Virus record (IMG/VR): IMGVR_UViG_3300000101_000017
Location: 1-60,047 of that record
DNA length: 60,047 bases
DNA from: a virus
Taxonomy: Duplodnaviria; Caudoviricetes
Reading direction: 5' to 3' (one strand)
Below, one piece after another: positions 27,703 through 36,882 of the stretch (its first letter is position 1; every line of letters starts with the position of its first letter). The notes beneath the pieces were generated by a model, which saw only the letters and a list, made by a program, of their open reading frames with translations, was not told the DNA's origin and searched no databases. The position numbers were made by a program, and so were the translations under genes.

Positions 27703-28499
27703 TGTTCTAGCCTCTCTATAATTGTACTTGTTAAAAAGTTTTTCTCAGTATAATGAAATACATCTTTTTGTAAAAAATTATCAAGGTATAATCTACAATC
27801 ATTTGTAAATTCTATGTCTAATGCTGTTGTCCATCTTGTGTGATGATTGTTCCAATTTTGTATACGAGGTTTCATATGTGTAAATGTAATAGGGATATTG
27901 CTTATACTAACATCTAAAATTTTACATGCAAATGCTGTGCATATATCATAACTTACCCATTTTTGTTTAGTAGTACCACAGAGCATATTGTTATATTCAT
28001 CAAAGTTTTTCATTATATCTTCTACAAGCATAAAAAACTTTTTTACAAAGTTATTCTTCTTAAAATAATAAACACCACTGTATATGTTAGGTAGATTGTT
28101 TTCAATAAATGTTTTCCTGTAATATTGATCGTTGATTTTTTCGTTACGATATGTTTTTACATCTGTAACAAAAAATAAATCTTCTGTTGATAACATTCCC
28201 CACCAATGATTAATATCATTTAGAACTAACATATCTACGTCCATAACAATAGTTTCGTCATAGGGTGTATGTTCAAATACTTTATATCTGTTTTGTATTT
28301 TCCAATCTTTATCTTTTGCTAAGTCGTCTTTTAATATAACAGTATGATCATAGCAATTTTTAAAGTCATCTGTATCTGTAATAAGACATACGTTTGTATC
28401 TTTGCTTTGCAACTTTATACTCAAAGCAAGTGCATATGCTTGATCTAGATAATTTGACTCTTTGTTGTTTTGTGCAACTAATACTATACCTCTAGACAT
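27690..28499 (-). CDS. GT-A fold glycosyltransferase (GT8/nucleotide-diphospho-sugar transferase-like)
   Basis: 'YLDQAYALALSIK', 'TPYDETIVMDVD' (DxD), 'NIYSGVYYF', 'FTHMK'. Confidence 0.75.
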   Translation of the reverse strand: MSRGIVLVAQNNKESNYLDQAYALALSIKLQSKDTNVCLITDTDDFKNCYDHTVILKDDLAKDKDWKIQNRYKVFEHTPYDETIVMDVDMLVLNDINHWWGMLSTEDLFFVTDVKTYRNEKINDQYYRKTFIENNLPNIYSGVYYFKKNNFVKKFFMLVEDIMKNFDEYNNMLCGTTKQKWVSYDICTAFACKILDVSISNIPITFTHMKPRIQNWNNHHTRWTTALDIEFTNDCRLYLDNFLQKDVFHYTEKNFLTSTIIERLEQCTI

Positions 28500-29310
28500 T
28501 TGTGCACCTTCCTAAACTATATTTGTTCATTATATGTACGTCGGTATCTTTTATTCTTGCAGGATAATATTCGCTGTCTTTTTCTAATAAGAATAACAGT
28601 CCTGTGTCTTTCATATCTATTAATATATCTTTATCTAACGTTTGCCATAAATTACCTGGTATAGAAATATCTTCTAATGGACTAAACCCATTCATTATAT
28701 GTAAAGCAATGCTAAATGCATAATCATTTCTAAATTTTGTTTCTACAATTTTATATTTCAATCTATAAAAATCATAGTTTTCTTGAATGTGTAAAATTAA
28801 ATCAAATAATATTTTGTTTTGTGTAGATTTAGTAAAGTAAAATACTGTTGCCCAATACATAGCAACACCTGTATCAGTTATTCTTTTCATACTTGTAACT
28901 CTATTATGCTTAACGTCAACCCAGTCTTTGTTAATTAATAAATTTTTTCCAGAATCAAAACATTTAAGCAAATTATTACTGTTAATAATAAAGTCTGTAT
29001 CTATAACAATAGTTTGCTCATATGGTGATAAGTCATAACACATTGCCCTACCAGCGTTATTCCAAGGTAGTTTCTTTTGTGCATACAAGCCATCTCTAAA
29101 TGTTTTATTATTATTACTTTTTGGCATTTCAACTTCAATAATATTATCTATTTCATCTTTGATAATACTTTTTGCATAGTCAACAGAGCTTGTTACAAGA
29201 CTAACTTGTAAGCCCAAAAATTGTTTTATTCTTGAAGCACAAAAAACTGCTTGTTTGATGTAGTCAATATCTGAATTGTTATGTGCAAAAAGTAGTATAC
29301 CTTTGCTCAT
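28492..29310 (-). CDS. GT-A fold glycosyltransferase, paralogue of 27690..28499
   Basis: 'YIKQAVFCASRIK', 'SPYEQTIVIDTD' (DxD), 'WATVFYF', 'RNDYAFSIA', 'HIMNK'. Confidence 0.75.
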   Translation of the reverse strand: MSKGILLFAHNNSDIDYIKQAVFCASRIKQFLGLQVSLVTSSVDYAKSIIKDEIDNIIEVEMPKSNNNKTFRDGLYAQKKLPWNNAGRAMCYDLSPYEQTIVIDTDFIINSNNLLKCFDSGKNLLINKDWVDVKHNRVTSMKRITDTGVAMYWATVFYFTKSTQNKILFDLILHIQENYDFYRLKYKIVETKFRNDYAFSIALHIMNGFSPLEDISIPGNLWQTLDKDILIDMKDTGLLFLLEKDSEYYPARIKDTDVHIMNKYSLGRCTNV

Positions 29311-29633
29311 ACACTAACAAACCCTTCAACTGTTCTATTTTTTGCTAATTTTTTATATTCTGTATTATACTTGTTAATTGCTTCGTTATAGACTGCAAGA
29401 ATTTTTTCGTAAAATGTATCATCTACTTCAATTGGAGTACAGTTATCATCATCTATAACATTTGGGTTTGAAACTTTTACAAATGCTATTAGTTCTTTAG
29501 TTACTGTAAATTTGCCGCCATTACAGTAAAATATTCTGTCAGAATGAAACTTTTGCATTAATATATTTTTTTGGTTATTTAGGGTGACCATTAGATTGCT
29601 GTGTTCTAATGCACGTTCTAGTCTTTTATCCAT
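29307..29633 (-). CDS. Hypothetical protein (108 aa), first gene downstream of the sigma70 promoter
   Basis: GAGG RBS; ATGA overlap with the next gene. Confidence 0.7.
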   Translation of the reverse strand: MDKRLERALEHSNLMVTLNNQKNILMQKFHSDRIFYCNGGKFTVTKELIAFVKVSNPNVIDDDNCTPIEVDDTFYEKILAVYNEAINKYNTEYKKLAKNRTVEGFVSV

Positions 29634-29644
29634 ACGATATTTCC

Positions 29645-29687
29645 TCAGTTATACGTATATTATAACTGATTTCTTACTGTTTGTCAA
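29645..29687 (-). promoter_or_regulatory. Consensus sigma70 promoter overlapped by a 9-bp inverted repeat (operator-like)
   Basis: Minus strand TTGACA(29687-29682)-17 nt-TATAAT(29664-29659); TCAGTTATA 29645-29653 / TATAACTGA 29661-29669. Confidence 0.85.
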
Positions 29688-29690
29688 GTA

Positions 29691-30641
29691 TTAAAGTGTG
29701 CTACTATTAGCGAATGCTGGTGCTGCTACTGAAACATTAGATCCTGTTGGTCTAAACATTTGTATTGTGCTTGTGATAGTGCCTTTTACATTTTCATCTA
29801 CTACAGCACCTGCTATTGCAACTCCGTCAGTGCCGCCGCCATCTAATGCTGCTTGGTCACCAACGTCATTATCTTGGAATTCTACATTAAATGTAATTGA
29901 ATTTGTTGCAGATGTTTTTGCTTGGATTTTGTAAAGATTTTCCGAATATGGATTTGCTCCACCTTTAGAATATAAGTCTTGATAACTTGCTGTTAGATCG
30001 TAATTACCAATTGTTAATGGTGTTCCTCTTGCTACAGCATTACCTGTTCCTGAAATATTAAATGCTTCTAAATAGTTAACACCCATACTACCTGCATCTG
30101 ATAACATTGTTTGCCAGTCTAAAGTCTTTGCTTCTGAAGCTGAATATGCTAAAGCAGCAGAAAATATTATGTGTCCGCCAGCATTGAAAAATGCCTTACG
30201 TGTATTTGCGTCTGCCCAAGTAACAGTAAATTCATGATTAATTGTACCATTCCAATCAGTAGTTCTTTGACTTGTAATACCTGCTTCAGTTGAACCTTCT
30301 CCAGCATCTATACCAAATGGTGTAGATTCTGCTGTTGCTACTGTTGTTTCATATGCATTAAAAATTGTTGCTGCAATACTGTTGCCTGCGGCAACATTTG
30401 TAAGTGAAGGATCTGTACCTGTTTGATGTATAGCAATCTTTTCTATATCAGTTCTTAAGTTATCCCATTGTGTTGCTGTGATAACACTATCAGCTGCAAC
30501 TGTTGAACTGCTTAATGCTTGTCCATATCCTCTAGAATTTACTTCAGTAGTACCTGATGGCGACCCTAACAAAACGTTTACACGACTTCGTAAAGTATTG
30601 TAATCATTTTCTGTAATACTATTTCCGACTGATACTGCCAT
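29691..30641 (-). CDS. Putative virion structural protein
   Basis: Ala/Thr/Gly/Ser-rich; 'ITATQWDNLRTD' and 'FFNAGG' motifs; preceded by TATAAATA; lies in the tail module. Confidence 0.6.
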   Translation of the reverse strand: MAVSVGNSITENDYNTLRSRVNVLLGSPSGTTEVNSRGYGQALSSSTVAADSVITATQWDNLRTDIEKIAIHQTGTDPSLTNVAAGNSIAATIFNAYETTVATAESTPFGIDAGEGSTEAGITSQRTTDWNGTINHEFTVTWADANTRKAFFNAGGHIIFSAALAYSASEAKTLDWQTMLSDAGSMGVNYLEAFNISGTGNAVARGTPLTIGNYDLTASYQDLYSKGGANPYSENLYKIQAKTSATNSITFNVEFQDNDVGDQAALDGGGTDGVAIAGAVVDENVKGTITSTIQMFRPTGSNVSVAAPAFANSSTL

Positions 30642-30672
30642 TATTAATCCTTCTTTGTATTAAGTACGTAGT

Positions 30673-30680
30673 TATTTATA
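30673..30680 (-). promoter_or_regulatory. T4-type late promoter TATAAATA
   Basis: Exact match to the T4 gp55 late consensus, upstream of the gene starting at 30641. Confidence 0.65.
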
Positions 30681-32202
30681 CCTTTAACACACACTCTACT
30701 AATTTTTCTTCATCTAAATCATTTGAATCTAGTGCAACACCTACCATTGATGTTGTTTCTATTGTAGAACAAACTCCGTCTTCCCAAGCATACACTGGCT
30801 GACCCTTTGTAACTGGTCCTTTAACTCTTACAGGAACACGTCCTTTAAGTCCGATTGCTTGTCCTTCTGATTCGCTGTTCATTAAGTATGCAGGTTCTGC
30901 TGATATAACACCAATACTAACACTACTAGTCTTAGAAGCTGTTGTTTCAGCGTCTCCGCCTACACACATTGCTGTGCCTACTGGATACTCTTGGTCAGTT
31001 GTATATTTCTCTGCTAAGTCAGCATATTGAGCTTGTGTACCAACACCAACAAAGAAGTTTGCTTTTAATGATCCTGCTGTAATATTCTGTCCATTGATTG
31101 TTTCATCAACTGATGTACGTATAGCAAGTGTGCCAGCGTTAGCAGAAATTGATCCGCCTACATCACCTAGTCCAGATACAGTTAAATATTCTGCTTTTTC
31201 TGCTGTACCAAACAATTTACCTGAAGCATATATATTTCTAAATTTTAAAGCAGTTGTACCTAAGTCAACTGTTTGTGCTACTTCTGATGGAGTTCTAGCT
31301 GATAATCCTGGTAATACTTTCCCTGGACGTAATTCAATAACATCTTTGTTTGTTGCGCCATCTTTGGCTCTAAAAATTAAATTTGCACCAATGTCATTAG
31401 CAAGAACAACATCTTGGCCGTTTTCAACTTTAAATCTACCGTCTGCACTTACACCTACTGTAATACCATCGTCAGTAGCAAAGTTCGTTTGGTTTGTAAA
31501 TGATGCACTACCTGTTGTAACAAAATCTGATGCAGTTACGAATGCTCCATCAACTACTAGGCCTTCAGCACTTTTTGCTGTACCCCAGAATCTGTCAGCT
31601 GTAGATGTTACTCCATTTGATGCTTGTGAGCCTTTAAGCGTAACACCTTGTCTAATGTCAGTAAATCCTGTAATTGCACTTTCTGTACTTAAAGTAAACT
31701 CTGTTCCGCTTATTGCAAAAATAACTTCATCGTTGATAGTAGCTGTTATTATAGATCTAGAAACTGCACTTGTATCAAGTACTGTTTTACTTTGCATTTG
31801 TGTAATACCGTCGCCAGCATCTTGTGGGCCAATTAAAACAAAACCTGATGAACCTAGGGCATATAATTGTTCATTGTTTGTGTCCCACCAAAAATCGCCT
31901 AAAGCAAGTCCGGAAGGGGATGTTCCACTTACTTCTGCTCCGCCTGTTGTACGCCATTGACTGCCGTCATAAAATTTTAATTTGCTGTTTGAATTATCAA
32001 ACCAAATTTGTCCGCTTACTGCTTTTGGCGGTGGATTGCCACCGTTAAAGTTTTCTAATAAGAAAACAAAATTTTCGTTTTGTATTTCACCGTAACCCGC
32101 ATAGTTTTTACCAACTAGCTTTAAATCCGTAGTTTGGTCAATAGTACCATCCTGGATAGTTGTTAACGGTGTATTATTGTATCTATCAATATTATATGCC
32201 AT
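30676..32202 (-). CDS. Tail fibre/baseplate-attached protein with C-terminal intramolecular chaperone (peptidase G2/IMC-like) domain
   Basis: Shared N-terminal domain 'TDL.LVGKNY.GYG..QNENF..LLENF..P..GQIWFD'; C-terminal 'YADLAEKY', 'IGVISAEPAYLMN', 'LKGRVPVRVKGPVTKG'. Confidence 0.75.
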   Translation of the reverse strand: MAYNIDRYNNTPLTTIQDGTIDQTTDLKLVGKNYAGYGEIQNENFVFLLENFNGGNPPPKAVSGQIWFDNSNSKLKFYDGSQWRTTGGAEVSGTSPSGLALGDFWWDTNNEQLYALGSSGFVLIGPQDAGDGITQMQSKTVLDTSAVSRSIITATINDEVIFAISGTEFTLSTESAITGFTDIRQGVTLKGSQASNGVTSTADRFWGTAKSAEGLVVDGAFVTASDFVTTGSASFTNQTNFATDDGITVGVSADGRFKVENGQDVVLANDIGANLIFRAKDGATNKDVIELRPGKVLPGLSARTPSEVAQTVDLGTTALKFRNIYASGKLFGTAEKAEYLTVSGLGDVGGSISANAGTLAIRTSVDETINGQNITAGSLKANFFVGVGTQAQYADLAEKYTTDQEYPVGTAMCVGGDAETTASKTSSVSIGVISAEPAYLMNSESEGQAIGLKGRVPVRVKGPVTKGQPVYAWEDGVCSTIETTSMVGVALDSNDLDEEKLVECVLKV

Positions 32203-32221
32203 TTATATACCCCTTGCGTAT

Positions 32222-32229
32222 GTATTTAT
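32222..32229 (-). promoter_or_regulatory. Putative late promoter ATAAATAC
   Basis: Intergenic, upstream of the AGGGG RBS of the gene starting at 32202. Confidence 0.6.
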
Positions 32230-32252
32230 CGCTATCATAAGTTTATTCCTCG

Positions 32253-34190
32253 TTACGGATAAGCAGTTGTTGAAACCCATTGCCACGCATTTGAGCCGCT
32301 TACACTTAAATTCATTATTTTTCTTGTTACACTTAAAGATACAGTCGAACCAGATATAGTATTAAAACTAATATCTTTAAGGACTGACACATTTAAAGTT
32401 CCGTTTGCATCAACATTTTCAAACGTTCTGTTTCTAGCAGTATTTAAATCTGACCCTGTAATATCCACAGTTGTAGTACCATAGTTAGTGGTTAAAACTC
32501 TAGCTACTGTACCAGGTGCTTTGCCTGCAGGGGGAGATAAAATGTTTAATATACTTATTACGTCATTATACGGTCCATCTGCACCACCTGGATTTGTTAA
32601 TCCAGTGATATCTAATGATGTAATAACCGGTGTGCTATCAATTTGTGTATCAACATAATTTTTTGTAGCAACATCTTGTGCTGAAGTAGGATCTGCTACT
32701 CCTGTAATTTTTTTACTATTTACTGTAATATCAGCACCACTAGACAATGCTATTGCACTAGAACTTGTAATAGTGCCGCCTGTGACTGTTAATGCTGTTG
32801 TGCTTAAATTTGTAATAGTTCCTATTTGTGTTAAACCTAAAGCAGTTGTTATCCCTGTACCTAACGAATTATTTGTAAGTACAGTACTATTGTTTATTTT
32901 GTAAACATGACTTTCTGTTAAATCAAAATGTTGATTGCTAGTCCAGTTACCTGTACTATTGTACCATGCTATATCTTTGCTTCCGTTTGAACTTACAACA
33001 GTAATGCCTGCTCCGTCAACACTAGTATCATTACCTTCTGTAAGACTACTATCATCGTTTGTTATATAACCTAATTCTAGGTTTTTATCTTGACTTCGAA
33101 GTGTTGTAACTTGTAAATTTGTTGTGCCTCCGTTTACAGTTAAATCTCCTGTAACTGTAAGATTTCCGCTAAATTTACCATTACCATTTACATCTAATGC
33201 TTCACTTGGAGTATTTTTAAATATTCCAACATTTCCTGCACTTGCATCAACAAAGATTGCATCAATACTATCTGAACCTTGTCTAACTTGTATTGAAAAG
33301 TCTTGGTTTAATTGTTGTAATTCAATTACTGTATTAGTTGTACCCTGGTCAACTTTAAATGTAGCATACTTTGTTGATCCTACGCCTACTGCTAAACCTG
33401 ATTCACCTTTAACAAACAATGATCCTAATGTAGATTGTTCTATGTAAGCATTTGTTAAACTGTCTCTAGCATTTGTGCTTACAAAATCAGTAGGTGCAAA
33501 CGATACTCCTGCTCCGTCAACAAGATTGTTTGCTGTAGTAGCAGTACCATTCCAAATATAGTTTAGAGGATCTACTAAATTAACCCCTACTTTAATAAGT
33601 TGTCGCTTTGGTGTTTGTGTATCATTATCATCAACTGGATAGTTTGGTATTGCAAAATCACTATTACTTGCTACTCTAAATTCTGTTCTACTGTGTACTT
33701 CAGCAAGTACTCCGTTTATGTAACCTAATAGTATTGTTTTACTTTGATTAGAAACGTCAATAGTTGTAAATGCTTCGTAAGTTGTTTTGCCTTGTGCTGC
33801 TGTGTATGAAGGACCTACTAATACTGGTGTTGTTCCATCAAAAAAGTATAACTTCTTAGTTGAGTTATTAATCCATAAATCGCCTTCGACTAAGTTTGAA
33901 GGTTGTTGTGAAGAAACAGAAGGAGTACCTGATACTTTAAATATTGAGCCATCATAAATTTTTAATTTTTGATTTGCAGTATCGTACCAAAGTTGTCCTT
34001 TTACAGGGTTTACCGGAGCTGAACTAGATGAAAAGTTTTCAAGTAAAGCAACAAAGTTTTCATTTAAGTATTCGCCAAAACCTTTATAATTTTTTCCTAC
34101 TAATGTAATATCTGTAGTGCCAGTATCAATTGCACCGTCAACTAGATCTACAAGCAATGTGCCGTCTGTTTTATTAATTCTATAACTCAT
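32253..34190 (-). CDS. Tail fibre-like protein
   Basis: Same N-terminal domain as both neighbours; 'VGIFKNTPSEALDVNG', 'GNLTVTGDLTVNG', 'KITGVADPTSAQDVATKNYVD' fibre motifs. Confidence 0.75.
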   Translation of the reverse strand: MSYRINKTDGTLLVDLVDGAIDTGTTDITLVGKNYKGFGEYLNENFVALLENFSSSSAPVNPVKGQLWYDTANQKLKIYDGSIFKVSGTPSVSSQQPSNLVEGDLWINNSTKKLYFFDGTTPVLVGPSYTAAQGKTTYEAFTTIDVSNQSKTILLGYINGVLAEVHSRTEFRVASNSDFAIPNYPVDDNDTQTPKRQLIKVGVNLVDPLNYIWNGTATTANNLVDGAGVSFAPTDFVSTNARDSLTNAYIEQSTLGSLFVKGESGLAVGVGSTKYATFKVDQGTTNTVIELQQLNQDFSIQVRQGSDSIDAIFVDASAGNVGIFKNTPSEALDVNGNGKFSGNLTVTGDLTVNGGTTNLQVTTLRSQDKNLELGYITNDDSSLTEGNDTSVDGAGITVVSSNGSKDIAWYNSTGNWTSNQHFDLTESHVYKINNSTVLTNNSLGTGITTALGLTQIGTITNLSTTALTVTGGTITSSSAIALSSGADITVNSKKITGVADPTSAQDVATKNYVDTQIDSTPVITSLDITGLTNPGGADGPYNDVISILNILSPPAGKAPGTVARVLTTNYGTTTVDITGSDLNTARNRTFENVDANGTLNVSVLKDISFNTISGSTVSLSVTRKIMNLSVSGSNAWQWVSTTAYP

Positions 34191-34191
34191 A

Positions 34192-36240
34192 TTAATCTGT
34201 TCCTGCGTAAATTATGAAGTTCATTGTCATAAACGGATTTACAACATTTAGTGCATCTCCAGTATCGCCAACAACTCCTCCACTGCTTGGTAATTTCTGC
34301 GAAGCAAACGATCCTACGCTTAATGTAGAACGTTGTACTCCAGCTGGCAATGTGTCACCTGTATCTTGCTCTCTAACAGCAAAGAATTGGTTGTTATCAC
34401 CGTCCTTCATATCGTGACTGTGTTCTGGTAGGTTATTAACTCCAATTGTAACTGTTTGATCACCGTCAACAGCACCTAAATTATTAATTCCTGTGCCTGT
34501 AGTAATTCTATTAGCACCTGTTGCTGTTCCTAACAGTCCTGCTAAGAATCTACCACGTAAATCAGGTAGTCCAAATTTACCAGCACCCGGACTACTATTA
34601 TATGTATTTCCAATTACTGCTTCAAGTTTACTATAAACTGCCGTATCTACTTCTGTTCCGTCACATAATAAAAATCCTGGCGGAATAGCAGCACCTGCAA
34701 AAGGTAATACAGTTCCAACTGGCATAAGTCCTTGGATAGATGAAAATAATGTGTTTCTTGACATCTTCTTTAATCCAGTATCACCTGTTACTCTGTTAAT
34801 TAAAACTTCGTCATCTGAGTTACTAGAAGATGTATTACTCTTATTACTAATAATTGTATTTTTAATTTGTAAATTAAATTGTTTTGTACCAGCACCAAAG
34901 TCGCCTTCAAACTGTGTTTGTCCGTCAAAACGTTGTGTGACGTCTTCTACGTCTCCTGTAATCTTAAATAGTGTTGCAGAGGTTAGTTTATCAGCTGTTC
35001 CTGCACTACCTGAAACACTTCCGCTAACATTACCTTCTAAATTTCCTTTAAACGTTGTTGCATAAATGTTTCTCCATTTAAGTGTAGAGGTACCTATGTT
35101 TCTTGTGTTATTACTATCTGGTAATACAAGGTCGCTTTGTGCAGTATCAACTAGTAAGTTTGTATTACCTAAAGTAATTTTTTTACTTACTGCAATATTT
35201 TCTCCAACAAACAAATTTTTAGCAATACCAACGCCACCTTTAATTATAGCACTACCGTCGCTTATGTTTGTAGAATCTGTAACATCTTGAATTTTTAAAA
35301 TTCCACTTGCTTTTATATTTCCTGTTACGTCTAATGCTTCTTCTGGTGCAAGGTTTGCAATACCAACTTTTAAATCACTATCAATTCTAATTGCAGTTTG
35401 ACTTGAGCCATCTTTTTTAACTCTAACATCAATACTAGAACCTTCAACTTGGTGTTGAATTAAACCTGCTTGGCCTTCAACTCCTATTGATAGTTCATTG
35501 TTTATTCCGTAACTAATACCTTCATTGTTTTGTACACGAATTGGAAAAGTAGTAGTGCTTTCTACATCACCTCTTAAAAAGTTTGCTGCTAATACTGTTG
35601 TTGTACCAACAATTAAACTTTCTGCTTTTTCTGCTGTACCGTAAAATTTTGTTGTGTTTGATAAGTTTATACCTGGACGTATTGTTCGTTCTTGGAAACC
35701 TATAATTGTTGCTTTAGGAGTAAATGTATCCTTTGATATAATTGCAACAATTTCGCTGTTAACTTGAATTTGTAAAGTTGTATATGTTATGTCATCTTGA
35801 CCAACAATTTCTACAGGTTGTGGACCTGTACTTAATCCTTCACTAAAACTAGGACCTACTAATACCCAATTACTACCACTAAACAAATATAACTGCTGAT
35901 TATCAGTGTCAACCCAAAGGTCTCCTAATATTGCTGTGCCTGTATCAGGAGCTGATGTTGCACGTTTTAGTCCGCCTGATGCTACCCAATTAGTACCATT
36001 GTATACTTTTAAAACATTTTCATTACTATCATACCACAGTTGCCCTTCTATAGGACGAGATGGTTCTGTTCCACTGTTAAAGTTTTCTAACAGGTGTAAA
36101 AAGTTTTCCGATATAGCACTACCGTACCCGGTTGCGTTTCTACCAGGAAGACTTAAATCTGTTTCGCTGTTGATTATCCCGTCTTCAATAGTAATGCTAC
36201 CATTGTTTGCTTGATCTGTAAAATTGATAGTATATGCCAT
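34192..36240 (-). CDS. Tail fibre protein with phage tail collar domain (short tail fibre-like)
   Basis: Shared N-terminal domain; 'MPVGTVLPFAG..PPGFLLCDG..FGLPDLRGRF', 'NLPEHSH', 'NPFMTMNFII'. Confidence 0.85.
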   Translation of the reverse strand: MAYTINFTDQANNGSITIEDGIINSETDLSLPGRNATGYGSAISENFLHLLENFNSGTEPSRPIEGQLWYDSNENVLKVYNGTNWVASGGLKRATSAPDTGTAILGDLWVDTDNQQLYLFSGSNWVLVGPSFSEGLSTGPQPVEIVGQDDITYTTLQIQVNSEIVAIISKDTFTPKATIIGFQERTIRPGINLSNTTKFYGTAEKAESLIVGTTTVLAANFLRGDVESTTTFPIRVQNNEGISYGINNELSIGVEGQAGLIQHQVEGSSIDVRVKKDGSSQTAIRIDSDLKVGIANLAPEEALDVTGNIKASGILKIQDVTDSTNISDGSAIIKGGVGIAKNLFVGENIAVSKKITLGNTNLLVDTAQSDLVLPDSNNTRNIGTSTLKWRNIYATTFKGNLEGNVSGSVSGSAGTADKLTSATLFKITGDVEDVTQRFDGQTQFEGDFGAGTKQFNLQIKNTIISNKSNTSSSNSDDEVLINRVTGDTGLKKMSRNTLFSSIQGLMPVGTVLPFAGAAIPPGFLLCDGTEVDTAVYSKLEAVIGNTYNSSPGAGKFGLPDLRGRFLAGLLGTATGANRITTGTGINNLGAVDGDQTVTIGVNNLPEHSHDMKDGDNNQFFAVREQDTGDTLPAGVQRSTLSVGSFASQKLPSSGGVVGDTGDALNVVNPFMTMNFIIYAGTD

Positions 36241-36243
36241 CTA

Positions 36244-36858
36244 TTATTCCTCGTTAAAGCCAGTTAAACTTTGTACTCTTACAGTATAATCAATTTGTAT
36301 TAATCTGTTTAAACTCTTTTGTACTGGATGGAAGACTACGTGTGTAAGTAATTTTCCTGTGCCTGTTGGTGAATAGCTTTTAAGTCCAAGTTCATCAAAC
36401 ACATATAAACTTGCATTATCTGTTGCAGTATCAAATGCATCCTGACCACTTGGTTCACCGTAATCTAATAAGCATGTTACTAATACATCTGTATAGTTTG
36501 TTCCGCTTACGTGTCTTGTTTCAATTTTGTTTCTTGCTGGATCAACGTTGTTTATGCTTTTATCATCTACAACTTTAGTAAATGTTTGATTGTATAAACT
36601 AGCATTTGTTCCTGTGCTGTTAGGAGTAAGATATGTAATAATTCCAGTAGGATCTACTGAAGTACCTCCATTACCTAGTGATAATTCATATATCCAACCC
36701 TGGCCTGCATTACCTACACTTTCAGCTAAAGCAATACTCATGTTTTCGTAGTGAATAGCATTACGCTTATCTACGTGTACTTCGCCCGATTTTGGATCAA
36801 ATATCTTGATATGTCCTTGGATTAGTACACCACTTTTTTCATTTATTTTGTCTGTCAT
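36244..36858 (-). CDS. Putative baseplate/tail structural protein
   Basis: Lies between the giant wedge-like protein and the fibre genes; 'FDELGL..LLTHVVFHPVQKS.NR.IQIDYT' beta-rich C-terminus. Confidence 0.55.
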   Translation of the reverse strand: MTDKINEKSGVLIQGHIKIFDPKSGEVHVDKRNAIHYENMSIALAESVGNAGQGWIYELSLGNGGTSVDPTGIITYLTPNSTGTNASLYNQTFTKVVDDKSINNVDPARNKIETRHVSGTNYTDVLVTCLLDYGEPSGQDAFDTATDNASLYVFDELGLKSYSPTGTGKLLTHVVFHPVQKSLNRLIQIDYTVRVQSLTGFNEE

Positions 36859-36874
36859 ATTTACTTTCCTAAAT

Positions 36875-36882
36875 GTATTTAT
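36875..36882 (-). promoter_or_regulatory. Putative late promoter ATAAATAC
   Basis: Overlaps the stop codon of the giant gene, upstream of the AGGA RBS of the gene starting at 36858. Confidence 0.55.
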
